From a bacterium (GTDB lineage: Bacteria > Verrucomicrobiota > Verrucomicrobiia > Limisphaerales > UBA8199): a stretch of 64,000 nucleotides of DNA. Below, in pieces: positions 47,890 to 57,142 of this stretch. The position numbers were made by a program, and so were the translations under genes. Position 1 is the stretch's first letter. Each line of letters opens with the position of its first letter. The notes under the pieces were generated by a model. The model worked only from the letters and a program-made list of their open reading frames with translations. It searched no databases and was not told the origin of the DNA. The stretch lies in assembly GCA_021784555.1 (NCBI GenBank), contig JAJYHY010000002.1:16827-80826 (forward strand), written 5' to 3'.

Positions 47890-49152
47890 ATGCCACATAT
47901 CGAGGCCTCATCCAACGCGGTTCAGGCGCCGGAGAAGACGCGCGACCCCTACGCGGTGCTTCGGAACCGCGACCTAGTGCTTTACCTGATCGGGCGTTTC
48001 GCCGCCTCGATTGGGCAGCAGATGCTCATCGTGGCCGTCGGTTGGGAACTTTACCAACGAACCCATTCCTATATTGCCCTGTGCCTGGTGGGGCTGGTTC
48101 AGACCCTTCCGATAGTCCTGTTCACCCTCCCGGCGGGGCACGTCGCCGATAATTACGAGCGGAAGCGGGTCATCATTTGGATGACCTTTGTCACTGTTTG
48201 CACCAGCATCGGTCTCACGCTTATCTCCGCCTACAACGCCCCGGTTGCGTGGATTTATGGCTGCCTGTTTCTGGCCGCCAGCGCCCGCACGTTCCAGTGG
48301 CCGGCCAGTTCCGCTTTCCTGCCCAACCTCGTCGAGCGCGAGGAGTTCTCCCGCGCCATCGCCTGGAGCAGCGGCAGCTTTCAGTTGTCCTCGGTTGCGG
48401 GTCCGGCGGCGGCAGGAGGCTTGATTGCCTTGATGCATCATGCCGCGCCGGTTTATGCCCTGAACGCCGTGGCGGCCTTGACCTGCCTGACCCTGATGGC
48501 CGCGGTGCGGCGGCGGCACGTCGTTGCGGTTAAAGAGCGGATGAGCAGGCACCGGCTGCTGGTCGGGGTGAGATTCGTCGTTGCCAACCGTGTTATTCTC
48601 GGCGTCATCACCCTGGACTTGTTCGCCGTTCTGTTTGGGGGCGCCACCTCCATCCTGCCCGCGTACGCCAAGGACATTCTGCTGGTCGGGCCGGTCGGCT
48701 ACGGATTCCTCTCTGCCGCGCTCCCCGCCGGCTCGCTGGTCTGCGCCCTGTTCCTGGCCCACCGGCGTCCGCTCCAGAAGGCGGGGCGGACGATGTTGCT
48801 GGCGGTCACCGGCTTTGGGGTTGCCACGATTGGCTTTGGGGTCTCCCGATGGTTTTGGCTCTCCTTTTTGATGCTCCTGCTCTGCGGTGTCATGGACAAC
48901 ATAAGCGTCGTGGTGCGGCACACCCTCGTTCAGCTCCTTACCCCGGACGAGAAACGGGGCCGCGTCTCGGCCGTCAATGCCCTTTTCATTGGCACCTCCA
49001 ATGAAATGGGCGGGTTCGAATCGGCTTTTGTCGCCTACCTGCTTGGCCCGGTCTTTTCGGTGGTCTCCGGGGGCATCGGGACAATTCTGGTGGTGGCGGC
49101 GGTCGCGCTGATCTGGCCGGAGATCCGGAAGTATGGACGGCTGGACAGTTGA
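47890..49152 (+). CDS. MFS transporter
   Basis: About 12 TM; GHVADNYERKR, LDLFAVLFGG, RGRVSAVN. Confidence 0.88.
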   Translation: MPHIEASSNAVQAPEKTRDPYAVLRNRDLVLYLIGRFAASIGQQMLIVAVGWELYQRTHSYIALCLVGLVQTLPIVLFTLPAGHVADNYERKRVIIWMTFVTVCTSIGLTLISAYNAPVAWIYGCLFLAASARTFQWPASSAFLPNLVEREEFSRAIAWSSGSFQLSSVAGPAAAGGLIALMHHAAPVYALNAVAALTCLTLMAAVRRRHVVAVKERMSRHRLLVGVRFVVANRVILGVITLDLFAVLFGGATSILPAYAKDILLVGPVGYGFLSAALPAGSLVCALFLAHRRPLQKAGRTMLLAVTGFGVATIGFGVSRWFWLSFLMLLLCGVMDNISVVVRHTLVQLLTPDEKRGRVSAVNALFIGTSNEMGGFESAFVAYLLGPVFSVVSGGIGTILVVAAVALIWPEIRKYGRLDS

Positions 49153-49248
49153 CGCGGCATCGACTTGTTGTTGCCCTGTTTACGCCGACGGTATAAGGTT
49201 CGGGTTAGTCTGTTACACAACTCATCTGAAACACAGCATAATTGACGC

Positions 49249-50694
49249 ATGAAATCTTCATTGCTCACTCGTCGTTCCTTCCTCCAACGAACACTCCTTG
49301 CCTCCGCCGCGGTTTCCGCGACACGAATCATCCCGGCGCCGAACCTGGTGGCCGCCAGCCCCGGCGACCGCATCAAGGTGGTTCAAGTCGGTTGCGGCGG
49401 GCGCGGACTGAGCGCCCACCTGCGCTGGCTGGTGACCCAGAGCAAGGACCACGTCGTGGGAATCGTGGATGCGGATGAGCGGCGCATCGCCGCTTCCAAA
49501 CGCTGGATGGAGCGGCAGGGGGTCAACTGCGCCGACCTCAAGACCTACAACGATTACCGGGTGATGTTCGACAAAATCGGCAACGAAATCGACGCCATAT
49601 TCGTTGCCACTCCCAACCATCACCATGCGCTGCCCTCGCTCATCGCCATGGAGCTGAACAAGGGCGTCTATTGCGAAAAGCCGCTCTGCCATGACATCCA
49701 CGAGGCGCGCACGCTGCGGGCAATGGCCGCCCGATCCAAGGCGCCAACCCAGATGGGCAACCAGGGCCATTGCATGGACGGCTACCGCCGGCTTTGCGAG
49801 TTCGTCTGGTCGGGACTGGTGGGGCACATCACTGAAACCCACAGTTGGAGCGACCGCGCCAACGGCGGCACCGGGCCGCGCCCGGCCCCCATTCCCGTTC
49901 CCAAAGGGATGCACTGGGATAATTGGATTGGGCCCGCCCCTTATCGCGAGTTTCACACCGATCTTCACCCGCACGAGTGGCACGGCTGGTACGATTTCGG
50001 CAATGGCTCCATCGGCAACATGGGCTGTCACATCATGGATGGCGTCTATTGGGCGCTGAACCTTGGCTATCCCAACAGCTTCGAGGCGGAGGAAATCAAC
50101 GGCGGCACCGACGAACGCTACCCGATCGGCACGCGCATTCGGTGGGATTTCCCCGCGCGCGGTGAAATGCCCGAAGTCAAAGTCTATTGGTATGACGGCA
50201 TGAAGCCGGGTGTCAATGGCAAGGCGGTTGGCACGTATGACCTGGTCAAAGGCGGCGCGCGCAATGTCCCGCCCCTGCTGGAGGAGCTCCAGAAGAAGTA
50301 TCCCGAGGAGGTCTTCGACTCCAACGGCACGCTCTACGTCGGCACCAAGGGAATCCTCTCCACGGACACCTATGGCAGCCATCCGCACCTGGTCCCATTC
50401 GATACCACGGAGGAGATCACTCGGAAAATCCCCAGGCTGCTGCCGAGGCCGGAGAATATCATGGACAATTTCCTCGATGCCTGCCGCCAAGGCAAGAAGC
50501 AGACCGCCGCCAGCTTCGAGTACGGCGCCCGGCTGACCGAGCTCATCCTTACTGGCAACCTGACCCAATATGCCGGAGCGGGCAAGACACTGGTCTGGGA
50601 CGGCCCCAACGCACGCGTCACCAATTATGAAGAGTTGAACCAGTTCATCCGCCGGCCCTATCGTACAGGCTGGCAACGCGGGGCGCTGGAGTGA
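49249..50694 (+). CDS. Gfo/Idh/MocA oxidoreductase with Tat signal
   Basis: TRRSFL; VGCGGRG, ATPNHHH, YCEKP, QMGNQ. Confidence 0.9.
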   Translation: MKSSLLTRRSFLQRTLLASAAVSATRIIPAPNLVAASPGDRIKVVQVGCGGRGLSAHLRWLVTQSKDHVVGIVDADERRIAASKRWMERQGVNCADLKTYNDYRVMFDKIGNEIDAIFVATPNHHHALPSLIAMELNKGVYCEKPLCHDIHEARTLRAMAARSKAPTQMGNQGHCMDGYRRLCEFVWSGLVGHITETHSWSDRANGGTGPRPAPIPVPKGMHWDNWIGPAPYREFHTDLHPHEWHGWYDFGNGSIGNMGCHIMDGVYWALNLGYPNSFEAEEINGGTDERYPIGTRIRWDFPARGEMPEVKVYWYDGMKPGVNGKAVGTYDLVKGGARNVPPLLEELQKKYPEEVFDSNGTLYVGTKGILSTDTYGSHPHLVPFDTTEEITRKIPRLLPRPENIMDNFLDACRQGKKQTAASFEYGARLTELILTGNLTQYAGAGKTLVWDGPNARVTNYEELNQFIRRPYRTGWQRGALE

Positions 50695-50719
50695 GGGAGT
50701 GCTGGGGGGGAAGCGGATA

Positions 50720-50845
50720 GGGATGAGGGATGGGGGGTGATGGATGATGGGTTCAAGACCTCCAGCATCCAAAGGCCCACATGCACCCAACCGGTCCCCC
50801 AGCCCACCAATCCTTCAATCCAATAATCCATCAATCCATTCATCC
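50720..50845. repeat. Degenerate GATGG/AATCC short-period repeats between convergent genes
   Basis: gggatgagggatgg...gatggatgatggg and aatccttcaatccaataatccatcaatccattcatcc. Confidence 0.6.
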
Positions 50846-50863
50846 GGCGCTGGAGCGAGCGAG

Positions 50864-51634
50864 TCAGCGGTTGATCTGCCGGGCCTTCATGGCTCCGCAA
50901 CGGGTTACGGCCAGTAGGTCCGCCTCGCGCACCGCCAGTTCGAAGGGGTGAGTTTGCGAGGCGGTGCGCTCGAGCACCCATTGCCTGAATTCCTGCGGAT
51001 GTTCGGCAAAGAGGCGCTCCAGGCGCCAGGCGGATTCCACCAAGAGCCTCTCGCCGACTTCCTCGGACCCGATGGTGACAACCTCGCCGTGCCGGCCTTT
51101 GAACCAGCCTTCGGGCATTTGGACCAACGAGCGGTCCGGGTGAACGGCCCGCCATAGCAACCGCACCAGGGCCGCCCGCAACGAAAACACCCCAGACCCA
51201 AATGGTCCGTGGTTTTGCCACGCGGGGTCTTCTTCGCTCAGAATGGCTAATTCCAGCCCCCGCCCAGTCAGCCGCCAGCCAAAAAATCGCTGCGGTCCGG
51301 GCCATGTCCCGGCCCGATTGAAGCGCGGGCGCAGGCGGCGCAGCAGTTCTGATTCCCTGGTCAGGGCGGAGGCTTCATCAGGCCACTCTTCGAGGTCAAT
51401 TCGCTCGACGGCCCGCACCAGTCTCAAATGACGGCGCGGCAGCCGCTCCGGGTTGGCAACGCGATAGGCGCCCAGCCGCCGGCGCAGGTTCTTCGCTTTG
51501 CCAACATACAGCACCACCCCGGCGCCGTCCCGCATGAGATAGACGCCCGGACCCTGCGGCGCGCTCCGGAAAAACTCCACCCCCAATCTCTCAACCAGGG
51601 GACGAGGGTCCGGCAATAGCAGCGTCTGGCGCAT
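50864..51634 (-). CDS. GIY-YIG nuclease (UvrC N-terminal-like)
   Basis: PGVYLMRD...LYVGKAKNLRRRL..Y, ESELL...PRFN. Confidence 0.82.
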   Translation of the reverse strand: MRQTLLLPDPRPLVERLGVEFFRSAPQGPGVYLMRDGAGVVLYVGKAKNLRRRLGAYRVANPERLPRRHLRLVRAVERIDLEEWPDEASALTRESELLRRLRPRFNRAGTWPGPQRFFGWRLTGRGLELAILSEEDPAWQNHGPFGSGVFSLRAALVRLLWRAVHPDRSLVQMPEGWFKGRHGEVVTIGSEEVGERLLVESAWRLERLFAEHPQEFRQWVLERTASQTHPFELAVREADLLAVTRCGAMKARQINR

Positions 51635-51638
51635 TCAC

Positions 51639-53084
51639 TCAGGTCACGCTCAATTCGCGCTGAATCCCGAATTTCTCGATGCGTTTGCGCAGTGTGGCGC
51701 GGGTAATGCCCAGCAGCTTTGCGGCCCGGACCTGGTTGCCGTCCGTTTCTTTCAGGGCTTGGATAACCAGTTCGCGCTCAATGGCCGGAATTATCTTGAA
51801 CTTCGGGTCCTTCTTGGCCCAATGAAACAATTGCTGGCCCAGGACCGCCACATCCGAATCTCCCTGAATCGACGTGACCGGCGGCGGTGGCGCGCTTGCG
51901 CCCGGAGCGGCCTCCCGTCCGGCAATCTCAGCGGGAAGATCGCCTGGCAAGATGGCATCCCACTTCGCTATTACCAGTGCGCGGCGGATGGCGTTCTCCA
52001 GTTCCCGTACGTTTCCGGGCCAGTGGTAATGTTCCAGTGCCTTAATTGCCGCGGTGGTGATCGACTTGGGGCCTGACTGCTGCTCGCGGGCGAAGGTCTT
52101 GAGGAAATAGTTTACAAGGAGTCGAATGTCCCCCGGGCGCTCGCGCAGAGGCGGGATGTGCAAGCGCACCACGTTGAGCCGGTAGAAGAGGTCCTCGCGG
52201 AATTGGCGCGTGGCGACCGCCTGCTCCAACGGTTTGTTGGTCGCCGCGATTATGCGGACATCGACCTTGATGGGCTGGTTGCCGCCTACCCGCTCGAAGG
52301 TTCCCGACTGGAGCACGCGCAGAATCTTGGTCTGGGTGGCGGGAGTCATGTCGCCAATTTCGTCCAGGAAAAGCGTTCCCCGGTTGCACTGCTCGAACTT
52401 GCCGATCCGCTGGAGTGTGGCGCCCGTAAACGCGCCCCGCTCATGCCCGAACAATTCGCTCTCCAGCAACTGCTCCGGAATCGCCGCGCAGTTGACCGCC
52501 AGGAACGGCTGCGAGACGCGGCGGCTGTGGTGGTAGATGGCCCTGGCGACCAATTCCTTGCCGGTGCCGCTTTCGCCAGTGATGAGGGCCGTGGCGTCGG
52601 AGGCGGCGAGTTGGCCAATGAGCTTGAAGACCTGCTGCATCGGCTCGCTGCGGCCAATAATGCCCTGTTCATAATCCTCCTGTTCAAGCAGCGGTTGGTA
52701 GGAAACGACGTGCTTCATGTCGCGGGCCGCCTTAAGGGCGTGGGCGACAAGGTCTTTGAGCTTGGGCACGTCAAACGGCTTGAGCAGGTAATCGTAAGCG
52801 CCGAGTTTGAGGGCCTCAATGGCGGCCTGCGTCGTGCCGTACGCGGTCATGAGGATCACCAGGAGTTTGGAATCCAGTTGCCGGAGCCGGCGCAAGGTGT
52901 CCAGGCCCGTGATGCCTCCCATGCGGATGTCCATCATCACCAGGTCGGGTTTGAACTTGGGGATGAGTCTCAAGGCCTCCTCGCCGCTCGAGGCGGTCTC
53001 CAACTCGATTTCCGGCAAATCAAAGATCCGCTGAAACGAGTATCTGACATCTTCTTCGTCATCGACCAGCAATAGTCTGCTCAT
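51639..53084 (-). CDS. Sigma-54-dependent NtrC-family response regulator
   Basis: LLVDDE receiver, GESGTGKE, GAFTGA, WPGNVREL, Fis-type HTH. Confidence 0.93.
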   Translation of the reverse strand: MSRLLLVDDEEDVRYSFQRIFDLPEIELETASSGEEALRLIPKFKPDLVMMDIRMGGITGLDTLRRLRQLDSKLLVILMTAYGTTQAAIEALKLGAYDYLLKPFDVPKLKDLVAHALKAARDMKHVVSYQPLLEQEDYEQGIIGRSEPMQQVFKLIGQLAASDATALITGESGTGKELVARAIYHHSRRVSQPFLAVNCAAIPEQLLESELFGHERGAFTGATLQRIGKFEQCNRGTLFLDEIGDMTPATQTKILRVLQSGTFERVGGNQPIKVDVRIIAATNKPLEQAVATRQFREDLFYRLNVVRLHIPPLRERPGDIRLLVNYFLKTFAREQQSGPKSITTAAIKALEHYHWPGNVRELENAIRRALVIAKWDAILPGDLPAEIAGREAAPGASAPPPPVTSIQGDSDVAVLGQQLFHWAKKDPKFKIIPAIERELVIQALKETDGNQVRAAKLLGITRATLRKRIEKFGIQRELSVT

Positions 53085-53110
53085 GCCACCATCTTATGGC
53101 GGTTCGTAAT

Positions 53111-54006
53111 GATTTGCGATTTTAGATTTGCGATTTGCGATTGCCCGCTTCGCGGAGAGATGCCAGGGAGGAACCGGGCCTTGAGGCGCTCCTCCAGGAC
53201 GAACCTTGGCCGAGTTCGATACAAATCGGAAATGAGGCGTCCGGAGCCAAAGTGGGTTTGAGCACACCTTGCAAGGTGTGCTCGCCCTCCGGGCTGCCAC
53301 ACCGCCACCCGCAGGGGTGCGGTTAGCGAGGGCGCGGCGGGTGCGCCAGAGAGTAGGCTGAAGGGGCGGGGCAGGTTATATGAGCACACCTTGCAAGGTG
53401 TGCTCATACAAGTCAAGCCCCTCTCGAGCCGAGGCTGCGGTGTTCCCGGTGGTGTCAACTTCGCCGAGTCGCATAAGACCGTATCGAGTTCGTGTCGCAG
53501 GCGTTGCTTCGCCCGGTGTTCTACGGACTATCTGTTCACTTCCAGTTGCTCTCCACGTCGCGTTGCCGGGACGCGGTTTCTTTCAGTTGTCTGGCGGAAA
53601 GCTCCGCCAGGGAGGGACTTTCACCCTCCGGTGCGCGCCCGCTTCCCAAGCGCACTATCGCCGGCTTCCCAGCCGGCAGGCCGCTGAAATGGTCGCGGTC
53701 GGCGGGCTGGGAAGCCCGCGACACAGCAGACTTGGAAGTCTGCGCTACGCGGTGCGGACTTTGTCACTGGCCGTGGCGGTGTTCCCGGTGGTGTCGACTT
53801 CGCCGAGAAACGGCAGCCGCTCGCTTCCTCTGGAAATGTCCAAACTGCGGGGGGTGCCGCGCCACGACGCTACCACGTGCGTCGCTTGGCGTTGGCGCGC
53901 ACGTCGCGGCGCCGGATGCCCCGACGCAAGGTCCCGGCCTGAGCAGTTATGAATCGCAAACCTAAACTCGCAAATTCACAGGAACCGCAAATCTAAAATC
54001 GCAAAT
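53111..54006. repeat. Repeat-packed divergent intergenic region bounded by inverted heptamer arrays
   Basis: GATTTGC array at 53111-53143 and GCAAATC array at 53952-54006; palindrome GAGCACACCTTGCAAGGTGTGCTC at 53260 and 53382; 32-bp direct repeat at 53437 and 53776; GCAGACTTGGAAGTCTGC near 53727. Confidence 0.8.
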
Positions 54007-54033
54007 AGCCACAATCCGCGCTATGATACGAAA

Positions 54034-55161
54034 ATGGAAATCCGTGATTTTGATCTTACCAGGTTAATGAAGACGGTCTTCGACCCTAAACCGGGCGAGC
54101 GCGTCGGCGTTTTCATCGACCTTGAACCACCTCAACACGTCGCCAGGGCCAGGTTCCTGGAGCGGACGGACTTGTCCACGCAACGAATCGCGCACGAGGT
54201 CTTTTACCGTGGACTGCTCGACCGCAAGAACGAGCTGCCCTTGGGCGCGATCGAATTCTATGCCTACGCGCCGACTGGCGGCAGCAACCTGGACCTGCCG
54301 GAAACCGTGGTTAACCTGGAGGGAAAAACCTTGCGTCTGGAACAGGATGTCCTTGCCCATCTCGATATTGTCCTCTATCTCTCGACCTACTCGGCAACCG
54401 CTCCCCTGACCGCCATGGCCAAGCGGATGGGATTCCGGGGCGCCACCATGCACGGCTGCAACGAGACCATCCTGGGCACCGGTTTGGCCAGGGACTACGC
54501 GGAGGTATCCGCAAAGGCGGAGCGGTTCCGTCAGGCCCTAACCCGCTGTGACGAGGTCAGCGTCGAGTTCCAGACCCTCGGCGCCCAATACCGGCTCACC
54601 CTGGAACTCGGGCGTCAGGAGGCGCAAAAGAGCCATGGCCTTTGCCGTTCCCCCGGCGAGATAGCCAACCTGCCCGCCGGAGAAATCTATTGGGTGCCCA
54701 CCGGTGCTTATGGCCGATTCCCGATGAGATTCAAGGAAGACGGCACCCTCGCCTTGATGACCGTCGCCGCCGGCAGAATTCAAGACGCCATCCTGCTCCG
54801 CGGCAATCCTCGAACCATGGAGCAGGCCCTGGCCTTGTATCGCACCGACCCGGCCACCGGCCAATTGGGCGAGCTGGGACTGGGCACACAGGTGTTGCCG
54901 GCCGCGGGCGCCGACATCCAGGATGAAAAAATCCTGGGCACCATGCACGTCGCCACCGGCCGCGACGACCATCTGGGAGGCGATCTCGGCCCCGGCAAGT
55001 TCAAGGATAAACGCCACGCCACTCACGAGGACATTCTCTTCGCCCCGCACAAGACCCCGGAAATCAACCTCAATGGCGTCTGGATGAAGAAGGACAGCCA
55101 GACCGTTTTGCTCATCAAGGACTACCAGCCAACCGATTTCGTAAAGCAGGTCGCCTTGTGA
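54034..55161 (+). CDS. M29/leucyl aminopeptidase-like metalloprotein
   Basis: ANLPAGEIY, GELGLG, DEKILGTMHVATG, HED. Confidence 0.7.
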   Translation: MEIRDFDLTRLMKTVFDPKPGERVGVFIDLEPPQHVARARFLERTDLSTQRIAHEVFYRGLLDRKNELPLGAIEFYAYAPTGGSNLDLPETVVNLEGKTLRLEQDVLAHLDIVLYLSTYSATAPLTAMAKRMGFRGATMHGCNETILGTGLARDYAEVSAKAERFRQALTRCDEVSVEFQTLGAQYRLTLELGRQEAQKSHGLCRSPGEIANLPAGEIYWVPTGAYGRFPMRFKEDGTLALMTVAAGRIQDAILLRGNPRTMEQALALYRTDPATGQLGELGLGTQVLPAAGADIQDEKILGTMHVATGRDDHLGGDLGPGKFKDKRHATHEDILFAPHKTPEINLNGVWMKKDSQTVLLIKDYQPTDFVKQVAL

Positions 55162-55172
55162 CCGCCAATCCA

Positions 55173-55249
55173 CATCGGGGTCAGTCCGGCACTTTTTCCG
55201 TCTCTTCCAATCTCCATCCCCGCGGAAAAAGTGAGGACTGACCCCGACG
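55173..55249. repeat. REP-like hairpin family B, copy 2, flanked by a 19-bp direct repeat
   Basis: CGGGGTCAGTCC...GGACTGACCCCG; GCCTTGTGACCGCCAATCC at 55153 and 55261. Confidence 0.85.
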
Positions 55250-55265
55250 CCTTTAACCGTGCCTT

Positions 55266-56003
55266 GTGACCGCCAATCCGTACGAAACCGACCGTTACCG
55301 GCAGGAATACCTCCTCTTGCATTTCGGCGGGCCGGAAGACCTTTGCCCCCATGACTTCGTGCCGCGCGCCTTCTTGCATTTTCACGAACGCATCCGGCGC
55401 GAGTGCCTCCTGCCCGTCCCCAGGACCGGGCTGAAAACGGGGCTGGACCTGGGTTGCGCCGTCGGGCGCTTCACCTTCGAACTGGCGCGTGTCCTGGACC
55501 GGGTCCTTGGCATCGACAACTCGCGAGTCTTTATCCAGACGGCGCGACGGATGGCCCGCCAACACACCGTGACGGCCCGCCTCAAAGTGTCCGGCGCGGA
55601 GTTCGTCCGCCGGCCATTGAAACTCCCCAAGGCGCTGGAGCACGGCAGAGTGGAGTTTCAGCAAGCAGACGCCGCAGATTTGAGTCGCTTTGCCCCGGAT
55701 ACCTTCCAGGTTGTCGCCGCCATTAACCTGCTCTGCCGCCTTCCGGAGCCCCGCCGTTTCCTCGAACAGCTTCACCGCATTGTCGCGCCGGGAGGCCAGC
55801 TTGTCCTGGGCACGCCCCTTAGCTGGCAGGAGGAATATACGCCGCGCCGCAAATGGCTCTCCGCGCAGGACATCCAGCGCCTGCTGCGTCCACACTTCAC
55901 CTTGGCACGCACCCGCGACCTCCCCTTCCTGATCCGCGAGCACCATCGCAAATACCAGTTGGGAATCTCCGCAGTGCGTGTGTTTGTCCGAAACCCACCC
56001 TGA
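55266..56003 (+). CDS. SAM-dependent methyltransferase, OvoA C-terminal-domain-like
   Basis: NPYETD..EYLLLHFG, LDLGCAVGR, NLLCRL, PLSWQEEYTP, IREHHRKYQ. Confidence 0.75.
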   Translation: MTANPYETDRYRQEYLLLHFGGPEDLCPHDFVPRAFLHFHERIRRECLLPVPRTGLKTGLDLGCAVGRFTFELARVLDRVLGIDNSRVFIQTARRMARQHTVTARLKVSGAEFVRRPLKLPKALEHGRVEFQQADAADLSRFAPDTFQVVAAINLLCRLPEPRRFLEQLHRIVAPGGQLVLGTPLSWQEEYTPRRKWLSAQDIQRLLRPHFTLARTRDLPFLIREHHRKYQLGISAVRVFVRNPP

Positions 56004-56300
56004 GTGATTTGCGATTTTAGATTTGCGATTTGCGATTTGTGCGCCGGCCTGGCGCGCCTCCTCATTATCACCTGCGGGGGCTCGCCCGGAGCCTGAAGAG
56101 GTGTCAGAGAGAGGCCGGGCATTCAACGCGAGCCACAACTCCGGAGCGCCCCCGCAACAAATCCGTGCTGACCCCGGGGGTCACGGAACGGGCCGGACGT
56201 TCTGGCATCCCTTTTGGGATAAAGAAACGAGCCATTCGACGGCTGAACCTCGACTGACCCTGACAAAAATCGCAAATCGCAAATCTAAAATCAAAAATCA
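56004..56300. repeat. Inverted heptamer arrays enclosing ~225 bp of non-coding DNA
   Basis: gtgatttgcgattttagatttgcgatttgcgattt versus aaatcgcaaatcgcaaatctaaaatcaaaaatcac. Confidence 0.85.
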
Positions 56301-56858
56301 CACGGTCATAATCTCCTTCTCTTTCCGTTCCAGATGGCCATCGACTTTGGCCGTGTATTCATCGGTCAGTTTCTGAAGTTCCTTCTCGGCCTGATCGACT
56401 TCATCCTCGGTAATCCCGCTGTCGTGAGCGTGTTTCTTGAGTTGGTCCATCGCGTCGCGCCTGACGTGGCGGATGGCTACCCGCGCGTCTTCGGCCATTT
56501 TTCTGACAATCTTGACGAATTCCTGGCGCCGTTCCTCGCTCAGTTCGGGGAAAAACAGCCGGATGGCCTTGCCGTGAATAGCCGGATTGAGGCCCAGGTT
56601 GCTCTTCTGGATTGCCTTTTCAATCGGGTGCAACGAGTTCGCATCCCACGGCTGGATGGTCAGAGTCCGCGGTTCGGGCGTGGTGATGCCCGCCAACTCT
56701 CGAATCCGCATTTGCGAGCCATAGACCTCCACCAGAATATTCTCGACCAGGGCCGGGGAGGCCTTGCCGGTGCGCACCCCGGCAAACTCATTAATGACCA
56801 CCTGCTCGGTCTTGCTCATCTTATCTTCCGCCTCGAGTAAAAAGTCGTCTATTGCCAT
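56298..56858 (-). CDS. frr: Ribosome recycling factor
   Basis: VRTGKASP, IQPWD, IEKAI, PELSEERR, AIRHVRRD, LQKLTD. Confidence 0.96.
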   Translation of the reverse strand: MAIDDFLLEAEDKMSKTEQVVINEFAGVRTGKASPALVENILVEVYGSQMRIRELAGITTPEPRTLTIQPWDANSLHPIEKAIQKSNLGLNPAIHGKAIRLFFPELSEERRQEFVKIVRKMAEDARVAIRHVRRDAMDQLKKHAHDSGITEDEVDQAEKELQKLTDEYTAKVDGHLERKEKEIMTV

Positions 56859-56978
56859 AAAAATAAGAGCATTAGCAGAGGCAGGAGGGGATGTATAGCG
56901 CGAGATAACATATCTACGTATCAGGATACGTTGATTTTTCGGTTGAATCTCCCCCTCCTTCCGCGTACTCTCTTTTGG

Positions 56979-57092
56979 AAAGCGACGGTTGGCGTCGCAC
57001 TCCAAACGCTGCGCGAGGGACCGATGGCGCTGGATGGACGGGCGGCGTGGGAGCTGGCGGAGCCTTTGGAGTGCGGCGCGGACCGCCGCTTT
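56979..57092. repeat. REP-like inverted doublet, family C
   Basis: aaagcgacg..cgtcgcactccaaa and tttggagtgcggcg..cgccgcttt. Confidence 0.65.
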
Positions 57093-57142
57093 GGCTTTCG
57101 GCCAACAACATAAGAATTGCTGGGAATTGATTTGGCTGAGTT

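Noticed and set aside
53260-53807. Possible mini-CRISPR from the repeated 24-bp palindrome or the 32-bp repeat
   Set aside because: Only two copies each, spaced 122 and 339 bp apart, which does not fit spacer lengths.
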